Sequence record: MW980066.1
Length of the DNA: 24,000 nt
Strand: one strand, 5' to 3'
Origin: Rhizobium phage RHEph16
The notes below the pieces were generated by a model. The model saw only the letters and a list, made by a program, of their open reading frames with translations. It ran no database searches and had not been told where the DNA came from. Position numbers and translations under genes: made by a program. Below are positions 1 to 7,698 of the stretch, one piece after another (the first letter of the stretch is position 1; each line of letters opens with the position of its first letter).

Positions 1-1
1 G

Positions 2-682
2 CTGGACCGCAAGGTAGGTCAGTATGATCTGCACCCCAATGTAGCAATCATGTGTGCCGGTAACCGTGATACGGACCGTGCCATCACGACCAACATTGGT
101 ACTGCTATGCAGTCCCGACTGACCACCTACAATATTGAACTCAATAATGATGAGTTCATCAACCATATTATGGTGAAGCAGCATTGGGATGATCGTGTCA
201 TCGCATACCTGTCTTCAGAACCAAACAAGATCAATGACTTCCGTCCTGATCACTCAGACGATACTTTCTGCTGCCCCAGAACCTGGGACAGTCTCCAGCA
301 GCAAATCAAGGGCAAGCAGGTCACGCGTCAGCATCTTCCTCTTGCTGCTGGAACAATTACCTCTGGTGTCGCTGCCGACTTCTTCACCTTCCTTGAGGTG
401 TACCAGGATATGCCGAAATTCGAAGACGTTCTTCGTGAACCGAATTCGTACCCTGTTCCGACAAATCCTCAGCTCAAGTGGGCAACTGTCTCCAGCTTCT
501 CCCAGAAGACTAACAAGAAGAATTTCGTACCTTTGAGCACTTATATCGGTCGATTCGATATGACGTTCCAGGTACTGTTCTTCCGCATGACACTTCCCCA
601 TAACCCTGAACTGCGTGAGCTTCCAGAATTTGGACCCATCGCAGTCAAGTTTGCAAAGTACATGTTCGATGCAGTTAGCTGA
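2..682 (+). CDS. MoxR-like AAA+ ATPase, C-terminal part (5' end outside window)
   Basis: Frame is open from base 2 (LDRKVGQYDLHPNVAIMCAGNRDTDRAITTNIGTAMQSRL). It has a sensor-1-like CAGNR and a downstream SRL arginine as in MoxR-type AAA+ ATPases, and is followed directly by a VWA-domain gene, the classic partner. Confidence 0.7.
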   Translation: MDRKVGQYDLHPNVAIMCAGNRDTDRAITTNIGTAMQSRLTTYNIELNNDEFINHIMVKQHWDDRVIAYLSSEPNKINDFRPDHSDDTFCCPRTWDSLQQQIKGKQVTRQHLPLAAGTITSGVAADFFTFLEVYQDMPKFEDVLREPNSYPVPTNPQLKWATVSSFSQKTNKKNFVPLSTYIGRFDMTFQVLFFRMTLPHNPELRELPEFGPIAVKFAKYMFDAVS

Positions 683-1892
683 AGCTATTCCTGAAGAGGA
701 AGACTACGAGAAACTCAATCGTCTCCTCGATCACGTTAAGCGTGACATCTTCCTCTCGAAGAATAGTAAAGGGGAAGTCAAAAAAGAGTTCGCTACCTTC
801 TTTGGTTCATTGATGAGCGGACTTACATATATTTGGGATTCCAAAATTAGAACTGCTGCCACCAATGGCATCAATATGTTTTGGTCTCCCAAATTCTTCC
901 TACTGATTCCTCATGGAACACGCCTTACTGTGTTCATGCATGAGCTGTGGCATGTAGCTCGACTGGATACAATCTACCATTATGGTAAGGATCCAAAGAG
1001 GTGGAATGCTGCTTGTGATATCTGGATCAACAATACTCTTGATGATCAGGGTTACACATTCGACGGTATCCCATTCAAGTTCTGGCTTGACCATAACTAT
1101 GATGGTTGGACTGCTGAAGACATCTACGATGATCTGAAGAAGAAAGACGATCTAGCTTGGGAGAAGTTCTGTAGGGATCATGGTATTGATCCTAATGATC
1201 CAGACTGGTGGAAAGATCTCCTTGAACCAAGTGAAGAGGAGGATCTTGAAGCTGGTAACGTATCCGAGGAACAGCTCAAGGTAATCTCCATTGTCCAGAC
1301 TGCTGCTCAGGCAGCAAAGATGGCAGGTGAAGGTTCACCGGATGCTGTTCAATCCATGATTAAACAATTCCTCACTCCCAAGATCCCTTGGGAGAAGGAG
1401 CTTATCAATTGCATGGATGCTCTTATCGAGGAAGACTATTCATGGAATGTCAGGGATCGACGCATCACTGATGTTTATCTTCCTTGGTTCGAAGAGTCAG
1501 AAGGTCTTGAAGATCTGTTCTATGGTATTGACGTCTCAGGATCTATGAGTGACCCAATGGTCATTCGTTGCACCTCTGAAGTCAAATATATCAAAGAACG
1601 TTTCAGACCCAAGACAACTACCCTATTCCAGTTCGATGAGATCGTTCAGCGTATTGATGTCTGGACTGATGAGGATGAGTTCAAGGAAGTCATGGTACAA
1701 GGACGTGGTGGAACATCACTCCACCTTGTTGCTGACTATCTAGAAGAACACAGACCTAAAGCTGCTATCATCTTTACGGATCTGTACTGCGATAAGATGC
1801 GAGTAGTTGATGGTGTTCATATCATCTGGGTAGTTCTCAATAATCCACATGCTACAGTTAACCAGGGTCGTATGATCCATATCAGGGAGTGA
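669..1892 (+). CDS. VWA-like protein with N-terminal DUF2201-like putative metallopeptidase domain
   Basis: HExxH motif (FMHELWHVARLD), then NAACDIWINNTL; C-terminal MIDAS motif FYGIDVSGSMSDP and IIFTDLYCD. The track ORF starts at GTG 615, but ATG 669 (MQLAEAIPEEED) gives a short 14-nt overlap with the ATPase gene. Confidence 0.75.
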   Translation: MQLAEAIPEEEDYEKLNRLLDHVKRDIFLSKNSKGEVKKEFATFFGSLMSGLTYIWDSKIRTAATNGINMFWSPKFFLLIPHGTRLTVFMHELWHVARLDTIYHYGKDPKRWNAACDIWINNTLDDQGYTFDGIPFKFWLDHNYDGWTAEDIYDDLKKKDDLAWEKFCRDHGIDPNDPDWWKDLLEPSEEEDLEAGNVSEEQLKVISIVQTAAQAAKMAGEGSPDAVQSMIKQFLTPKIPWEKELINCMDALIEEDYSWNVRDRRITDVYLPWFEESEGLEDLFYGIDVSGSMSDPMVIRCTSEVKYIKERFRPKTTTLFQFDEIVQRIDVWTDEDEFKEVMVQGRGGTSLHLVADYLEEHRPKAAIIFTDLYCDKMRVVDGVHIIWVVLNNPHATVNQGRMIHIRE

Positions 1893-1896
1893 AACG

Positions 1897-2109
1897 ATGA
1901 AACAACCTACAACATCTTCCGATGAGGAAGAACAAACTGAGCGAACCACCAGTGCAATGGTGTTGAGTGGTTATACCTTTACCCTCTCAATTACCAAAAA
2001 CAAAGAAGTTGTTCTCAGATCTGAAGGTCTTGAGGTTTGCATGAGTCCAACGGAAGCCTTGCTGCTTTCTTTGGCTCTGAATCACGTATACGAGGAAGTA
2101 CAAGAATGA
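1897..2109 (+). CDS. small hypothetical protein
   Basis: 70-aa ORF starting ATG directly after the VWA gene; its stop overlaps the next ATG (ATGA at 2106). Confidence 0.6.
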   Translation: MKQPTTSSDEEEQTERTTSAMVLSGYTFTLSITKNKEVVLRSEGLEVCMSPTEALLLSLALNHVYEEVQE

Positions 2110-2723
2110 TCATCAATGGGGCATACCTGAAACTTGCCGCTCCCATCATTAATATGTTGAGCAAGAAGGTGAAGGCTCATGGTGTGTCCCATGGTCTCTC
2201 TGAGGTCGGTTACGACATTCGTGTCAAACAGAAAATTGAGTGGTTTCCTCCGAGTGTAGAGACTTTTCTCTATCTTCTGGAGGATCGGGATACTGGAATG
2301 GTAACCCATGAGTATCTCGTAAAAGAAGGAGAAAAAGCACTTTATGGATACACAAGAGTATACACATCGGAGACTGATTTCGTTGAATCCATTGGGCGCA
2401 CTGCTCTTGCTAGCTCAATCGAAGAATTCGATCTCCCAATCGATCTCTGGGGAGAACTCAGAAACAAGTCCACCCATGCACGACGATTCTTCGATGCTAC
2501 CATCGGCACCGACATGGAACCAGGGTGGAAAGGCTTCCTGACCATAGAGATTATCTTTCATGGTCTTCAGCCTATCACCATCCCTGCTGGTTCAGGTATC
2601 GCCAAAGCGGTCTTTCACGAACTAAAGGATCACGCGAGATATGACGGCAAATATCAATCTCAACCAGATGCGCCGGTCCCTTCGATCTACACAGTCAGCG
2701 AAGAAGGTACGAGTAGGGCATAG
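2106..2723 (+). CDS. dcd: dCTP deaminase
   Basis: MIINGAYLKLAAP...HGLSEVGYDIRV...LWGELRNKSTHARRFFDATIGTDMEPGWKGFLTIEIIFHGLQPITIPAGSGIAKAVF...DGKYQSQPD matches the Dcd/dUTPase-superfamily signature. ATG 2106 is preferred over the upstream GTG 2037. Confidence 0.9.
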   Translation: MIINGAYLKLAAPIINMLSKKVKAHGVSHGLSEVGYDIRVKQKIEWFPPSVETFLYLLEDRDTGMVTHEYLVKEGEKALYGYTRVYTSETDFVESIGRTALASSIEEFDLPIDLWGELRNKSTHARRFFDATIGTDMEPGWKGFLTIEIIFHGLQPITIPAGSGIAKAVFHELKDHARYDGKYQSQPDAPVPSIYTVSEEGTSRA

Positions 2724-3129
2724 CGATATAGGTTATCTGTATCGCTATGACACCTCTTGGAACCAAGACTGGAAAGGACGTGTTCCTATATTCCAATGTT
2801 GGGAATACCCAATCATTTCAGAAACCCCCCACACCTACCTCATATACGATGGAACTTTCAAACACAGACGGATATATAAAAATAACCGTCGAGCATGGGC
2901 TCATGCCAATGAGCTTGATGCAAAAGAGCATTTCGTTAAAAGAAAGCTCAATCAGTATTCCATTATCAGCGCACAGCTTGAAGATGCTAATCAAGTCCTT
3001 AGAGTTCTCATGGAAGACTGGGGACAAGATACTGGTCAGCTTCCTAATCGAAAAACAATTCATCAAGTCTTTCAGGAAGAGCTTGAAGCTCAAAGACTTG
3101 AAGATCTTTATAAACAGGATTTGATATGA
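2641..3129 (+). CDS. hypothetical protein (overlaps dcd 3' end by 83 nt if the first ATG is used)
   Basis: 162-aa open frame with weak AAGGA upstream; stop overlaps the next ATG (ATGA at 3126). Confidence 0.5.
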   Translation: MTANINLNQMRRSLRSTQSAKKVRVGHSDIGYLYRYDTSWNQDWKGRVPIFQCWEYPIISETPHTYLIYDGTFKHRRIYKNNRRAWAHANELDAKEHFVKRKLNQYSIISAQLEDANQVLRVLMEDWGQDTGQLPNRKTIHQVFQEELEAQRLEDLYKQDLI

Positions 3130-3503
3130 TTCTCTCATGGCTTAACCACGACTGGTTAGCATTACTACTCCTTTTGTGGTGCTTTCATTATATAGCAGAT
3201 TATCCCTTACAAGGGGATTTCCTTGCTGTTCAGAAAAATCCATACCTTCCAGAGGAAAAGCGTTATGCTCCTTGGAAGGAAGCCATGAGAGCGCATTGTG
3301 CTATTCATGGTCTCTTCGTAGGTATTCTTACTGGATCAGTTCTGTTGGGTCTTCTAGAAGCCCTCGTACACACCTTCATTGATGTGTTCAAATGTGCAGG
3401 TATCTTCGGGTATCGAACAGATCAGTACCTTCATCTAGGTTTTAAGCTTCTATGGACCGCTGTAGCGTATTATTGCTTTACACGCAGCATTACCCTGTAC
3501 TAG
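3126..3503 (+). CDS. DUF3307-like membrane protein
   Basis: LLLLWCFHYIADYPLQGDFLAVQKN...AHCAIHGLFVGILTGS...LEALVHTFIDVFKC...DQYLHLGFKLLW. Hydrophobic segments with conserved His/Asp are typical of phage DUF3307 proteins. Confidence 0.7.
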   Translation: MILSWLNHDWLALLLLLWCFHYIADYPLQGDFLAVQKNPYLPEEKRYAPWKEAMRAHCAIHGLFVGILTGSVLLGLLEALVHTFIDVFKCAGIFGYRTDQYLHLGFKLLWTAVAYYCFTRSITLY

Positions 3504-3510
3504 GTGAGAT

Positions 3511-3624
3511 ATGAGTAACAGACAGCTTAGAAAAGCGTTGTTCATATATCTCGGAGCTGCCATGTTCACTCTGAGCATAGTCTTCATTATAGGACTGTTG
3601 CTCTACCCGATCATGGAGAAGTAG
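3511..3624 (+). CDS. small single-TM protein (37 aa)
   Basis: ATG 3511; MSNRQLRKALFIYLGAAMFTLSIVFIIGLLLYPIMEK, stop TAG 3622-3624 directly abutting the next ATG (TAGATG). Not in the supplied track. Confidence 0.5.
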   Translation: MSNRQLRKALFIYLGAAMFTLSIVFIIGLLLYPIMEK

Positions 3625-3846
3625 ATGTACCTCGGTGGTAAGACTCGCAATAAGCATGATCATATCCCAACCCAAGGACGGCAAAATAATTCCGTTAAAG
3701 GTAGGGAGACTTTCAGACGAATTAAGGATGAAGCTCCAGCAGATGTATTTGAACCACCTCTATTGGAATTCTTAGACTCAAGTCCCTCACCAGAAGATCT
3801 ATTAGTATCTGGTGCTTTTGGACAGAAACTGAATTTCAGTTATTGA
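3625..3846 (+). CDS. small hypothetical protein
   Basis: 73-aa ORF starting immediately after the previous stop; basic N-terminus, acidic C-terminal half. Confidence 0.5.
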   Translation: MYLGGKTRNKHDHIPTQGRQNNSVKGRETFRRIKDEAPADVFEPPLLEFLDSSPSPEDLLVSGAFGQKLNFSY

Positions 3847-3891
3847 TTGTAGAGCCTACCCATCGATAGGTGGGTAGTTATGTGCAATCAA
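3843..3891 (+). promoter_or_regulatory. nested inverted repeat (candidate RNA structure or terminator)
   Basis: Inner arms CTACCCA (3856-3862)/TGGGTAG (3871-3877), outer arms TTGATTG (3843-3849)/CAATCAA (3885-3891), all perfect complements. A second small hairpin CCCCT(3897-3901)/AGGGG(3908-3912) follows. Confidence 0.5.
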
Positions 3892-3933
3892 GCACACCCC
3901 TAGATTAAGGGGCAAAACTCACAAGGACATATT

Positions 3934-4158
3934 ATGAGTGCAATTATTCGCTTCCGTAAGGCTGTGGACCGTAAGTTTATCTCTCTCCGAGCAGAGCAGA
4001 TTAAAGGTATCGAAGACGTTACCGGCAAGCTTTCTGAAGAAGGGGAACAGCAGGATCTTGTTCTTCTGATCACTGATATTGGCAGCTTCCCTGTGGATGA
4101 ATCTTCAAACAAGGTTCTCGCCCTCTTGGAAGCTGCTGGACAAACCGTTATCAAGTAA
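3934..4158 (+). CDS. small hypothetical protein
   Basis: 74-aa ORF, ATG start, upstream CACAAGGACA Shine-Dalgarno-like sequence. Confidence 0.6.
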   Translation: MSAIIRFRKAVDRKFISLRAEQIKGIEDVTGKLSEEGEQQDLVLLITDIGSFPVDESSNKVLALLEAAGQTVIK

Positions 4159-4172
4159 TTGGAGATTCCCCA

Positions 4173-4361
4173 TTGGAAATCGAACGTAAATCTATACGAT
4201 CCCTTATCAATGGGGAACGCCACCTTGGCAAGGAGCTTCAACGCCTCAGGGATGAAGGGTGGTCTTTAAACCTACGTCATTCAATTGCTTGGAGAAAACT
4301 TCATGAAGCAATACCTCGACCTGATCAACTTGGTTCTGCATCAAGGAACCAAGAAGGGTGA
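4173..4361 (+). CDS. small hypothetical protein (TTG start, weak)
   Basis: 62-aa frame with GGAG about 10 nt upstream of TTG 4173; 3' end overlaps thyA by 59 nt. Confidence 0.35.
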   Translation: MEIERKSIRSLINGERHLGKELQRLRDEGWSLNLRHSIAWRKLHEAIPRPDQLGSASRNQEG

Positions 4362-5115
4362 TAGAACCGGGACCGGGACTATCGATTATTTCTCTCCACC
4401 AAGTATCGAGCTTCACTTGGGGGATGGATTCCCGCTCCTCACAACCAAGAAGCTGCCCTTCAGACTCATCGCAGAAGAAACCCTCTGGTTCCTCTCAGGA
4501 TCGACCAACAACAATGATCTCGTTGAGAAGGACGTTCATATCTGGGATGAATGGGCTGATCCTATTACGGGTTCTCTTGGGCCTATTTATGGGCATCAGT
4601 GGCGACGTTGTGAGGGAGTGGATGTGGAAGGTAATGCGGTCGAAATCGACCAAATCCAGAACCTCATCAACGACCTCAGGAACAACCCAGAATCACGTCG
4701 ACTGATTGTCGATTCGTGGGACGTGATTAACCTGAAGCATATGGCTCTGACCCCATGCCATTGCCTGTTCCAATGCAATGTGACCAATGGTCAACTGGAT
4801 CTCAAGATGTATCAAAGATCAGCAGATCTTTTCTTGGGGGTTCCATTCAACATTGCTTCCTATGCCCTCCTGACCCACATGCTGGCTCAGGTAGCAGGAC
4901 TGGAACCAGGAAGGCTCATCATCACCTACGGTTCTGCTCATATCTATCTGAACCATGTGGAACAGATCAAAGAGCAGCTTACCCGTGTCCCTCTACCATT
5001 GCCCAAGCTGGTCATGGACGATTCGGTAAAGGAAATTAACGACTTCACGATGGAAAGCTTCCGTCTTGAAGGCTATCAATCGCATGCCCGTATTCAGGGG
5101 GATGTATCGGTTTAG
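4303..5115 (+). CDS. thyA: thymidylate synthase
   Basis: HLGDGFPLLTTKK, EETLWFLSGSTN, LGPIYGHQWRR, active site ALTPCHCLFQ, QRSADLFLGVPFNIASYALLTHMLAQ, GSAHIYLNHVEQ. ATG 4303 with GGAG upstream. Confidence 0.95.
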   Translation: MKQYLDLINLVLHQGTKKGDRTGTGTIDYFSPPSIELHLGDGFPLLTTKKLPFRLIAEETLWFLSGSTNNNDLVEKDVHIWDEWADPITGSLGPIYGHQWRRCEGVDVEGNAVEIDQIQNLINDLRNNPESRRLIVDSWDVINLKHMALTPCHCLFQCNVTNGQLDLKMYQRSADLFLGVPFNIASYALLTHMLAQVAGLEPGRLIITYGSAHIYLNHVEQIKEQLTRVPLPLPKLVMDDSVKEINDFTMESFRLEGYQSHARIQGDVSV

Positions 5116-5189
5116 TGGATCAGATGCACTGGTCTACTGTGTAATGGGGATGGGGCAACCTGTCCCCTAATTCTTAAGGAGACGACACT

Positions 5190-7694
5190 TTGGAAGTCGC
5201 ACATCAGACAGATCACACCAGTCACGTAGTTATTGGCGGCGGTGCAATCGAAAAATTTCAAATGGCTCAGACGGGTCATTTCTTTGAGATCCTCTCAAAT
5301 ACTTTGTATGCTAACGGTAAGTTGGCAATGATTCGTGAGGTACTTTGCAATGCCTGGGATAGTCATATTGCTAGTGGTGTTATGGGTACTGCTATCAATA
5401 TTTCACTGGATGCTAACGAGCTTGTCATTCGTGACTATGGTCTTGGTATTCCCCACAATCTTGTTCATCAGATCTATTGCGTCTACGGTAATTCTACTAA
5501 GACGAATGACGGTAACCAGACTGGCGGTTTCGGTCTTGGTTCTAAGGCTCCGTTTGCCTACACCAAACATTTCACGGTCACTAACTGCCATGCTGGAACC
5601 AAGGTGGTTCATGCCATCTCTCGTGGTACCAATGGTGATGGTACCCCTGAGCGTCGTGTAATAGTTGAAGTACCAACCACAGAGCAGGGTGTAGAAGTTA
5701 AGATCCCGATCAAAGAATCCAAGGATCTCAGTATTCTGCAAGAATACATCGAAACCATTGCTAAGTATGGTGAGATGAATGTTCAGCTCAATGGTAAGAA
5801 ACTTGAAAGGTTTACTCTTTCATCCTCCAAGGATGGCTTTTACGTTGCTCAGGGTGAGACCTTCGGAATTAACAGTAATTCCAAAATCTACATTCGATAT
5901 GGTAATGTTATTTATCCTGTTGAATCTTCTACTGAATATCATAAAGAACTTGCAGAAGTTCTCCGTTTTTTGGAGAACCTTCCGGAGGCGAACGCGTGGA
6001 ATTCCAAGCAATGGAAGATTTGTTTCCAAGCACCGCCAAACAGCATCACAGTTACACCCTCTCGTGAAACCATTCAGGTTACCTCGGTAACTGTTGAAAC
6101 CCTCAAGAACTTGTTTAGTAAGGTTTCCTCCATCAAGACCATGCATCAGTTCGAGGTTCTTCGAAATGAGATGGTCAGGGAAGCTACTGAGCATTATGCC
6201 AAAAAGCACCCAGAAATGCTTAAAAAGTTTCTGGATGGTGGAGCACCCTTTATTAAGGGTACTGACGTAGATGCTTACGGTAGGCAGAAGCCTATTCTGT
6301 CTATGGAAGATGCTCGTCAGCGCATGGTTCGTGACAAGTTTAAAATGGGCGCGTCTGACTATGTGCTTCGTCTCAGACTCCTTGCTGATACTGGTATTAG
6401 TAACCGTGGTACCCTACAACAGCTTACTCGATGCATTGCTGCCTATACAGGGGGTAATGCGTGGTATGATGTCAGTGACAAATATAGTCCAGCAACATTT
6501 GCTCTTAAGTACAGAAACAAACTACTCAATGCTCTTGATAAACAAGAGGGCATGGATTCCAAGAATCTGTATTTCATCGCTTCTGGAACCAGGAATAGGG
6601 GCTGTGACTTTATAGAACCCAAAGACTGGAAACCAACTACCAGTGACAGGACACTGACATTCTTCAAAAACAAGATTTTTATCACTTACTCAAAGATTGC
6701 TGTAAGTGAAAATATCTATGATCTTGTTCAGAAGCATGGGGACTTTGGTATCTATTATGGTGTTCCTGCTTACGTTGTTCCTCGTCGTAAGGGTGCCTAT
6801 AAGGAAGCACTGGACTACTTCACCAAAAAGGGTTGGGAAGTCATTGATGTAGATGACTATGTTCAGAAACATGTTCCCAAGGAAGTTAAGGAAGTAGATC
6901 CTACCCCCAAGACTCCTAAGGTCATTGGTATCCCTTCCCTCAATATGTTGAGGGACCCTCGTAATGGTAATTTCACTCCCCGTGGTCATCTTGCTTTTGA
7001 TGCCACGAATCATCGTGTGGAAAAACCAAAGGCAGTGTTCACTGCTAAGAATCTCGGTGGTAGGGATTATACCCATGAGTTCTTTGAAGCGAAGATGGAT
7101 AGGGTAGGAATGAGTATCCTATCTCTCATTGGTTCCGATACAGCAATCGCTGTTAACTCCCGTCAAAAGGATAAATACATTGCAGAGGGATCTAAGGATG
7201 GTTACGAATATCTTGCCGAAAAAGCTTGGGAAGAGTTCGAAACCAATACAGTACTGATCAACTATTTCGGTAAGTATAAACTGAATTTAGGTACATCAGA
7301 AGCAAGCACCCTTCATGGTCTCTGGAAGGCATCCAAGTATATGCCGTCCATTCGGAAACTGATGAAATACCCTCGTCAGCTTACCGACACTGAGTACCAT
7401 TGGGTAAGGTTGTGGGAGCATCTAATCACTGGTGTCTCTAGCTATCGTAGTGATCGTTTCAGAGACTATTGGCCCAAGGGAATGATCCCTTCTCTTGATA
7501 AGATCTTGAAACTTATCAAGGAATCAAAAGAACAAGCATGCCCCGAGCGAGATGAGATGCATAAACGAATTCAATCAAAGATGTTTAAATACATCAATAT
7601 GTATGAAATCGTTGAACTTGTATCTGATCCAAAGATAACCCAGCAAGAAAAGGATGACGCGGAAGGCGTACTTCTCCTTGCACTAGAAGGATAA
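5190..7694 (+). CDS. rIIA-like protein, GHKL/HSP90-type ATPase
   Basis: REVLCNAWDSH (N-box), IRDYGLGIP (G1), GNSTKTNDGNQTGGFGLGSKAPFAY (G2); 834 aa, followed by an rIIB-like gene. TTG start 5190 with TTAAGGAGA upstream. Confidence 0.85.
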   Translation: MEVAHQTDHTSHVVIGGGAIEKFQMAQTGHFFEILSNTLYANGKLAMIREVLCNAWDSHIASGVMGTAINISLDANELVIRDYGLGIPHNLVHQIYCVYGNSTKTNDGNQTGGFGLGSKAPFAYTKHFTVTNCHAGTKVVHAISRGTNGDGTPERRVIVEVPTTEQGVEVKIPIKESKDLSILQEYIETIAKYGEMNVQLNGKKLERFTLSSSKDGFYVAQGETFGINSNSKIYIRYGNVIYPVESSTEYHKELAEVLRFLENLPEANAWNSKQWKICFQAPPNSITVTPSRETIQVTSVTVETLKNLFSKVSSIKTMHQFEVLRNEMVREATEHYAKKHPEMLKKFLDGGAPFIKGTDVDAYGRQKPILSMEDARQRMVRDKFKMGASDYVLRLRLLADTGISNRGTLQQLTRCIAAYTGGNAWYDVSDKYSPATFALKYRNKLLNALDKQEGMDSKNLYFIASGTRNRGCDFIEPKDWKPTTSDRTLTFFKNKIFITYSKIAVSENIYDLVQKHGDFGIYYGVPAYVVPRRKGAYKEALDYFTKKGWEVIDVDDYVQKHVPKEVKEVDPTPKTPKVIGIPSLNMLRDPRNGNFTPRGHLAFDATNHRVEKPKAVFTAKNLGGRDYTHEFFEAKMDRVGMSILSLIGSDTAIAVNSRQKDKYIAEGSKDGYEYLAEKAWEEFETNTVLINYFGKYKLNLGTSEASTLHGLWKASKYMPSIRKLMKYPRQLTDTEYHWVRLWEHLITGVSSYRSDRFRDYWPKGMIPSLDKILKLIKESKEQACPERDEMHKRIQSKMFKYINMYEIVELVSDPKITQQEKDDAEGVLLLALEG

Positions 7695-7698
7695 TGAA

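Noticed and set aside
2818-3138. Minus-strand ORF of 106 aa
   Set aside because: Antisense shadow of the + strand ORF 2641-3129; composition is typical of reverse-frame artefact and no matching operon runs on that strand.
4303-5115. Possibility that the ThyA-like gene is a dCMP hydroxymethylase implying modified DNA
   Set aside because: The dUMP-selective Asn (GVPFNIASY) is present and there is no accompanying glycosyltransferase or hydroxymethyl-nucleotide pathway gene in the window.
5403-6209. Minus-strand ORFs inside the rIIA-like gene
   Set aside because: Opposite a clear GHKL ATPase coding frame; no independent coding evidence.
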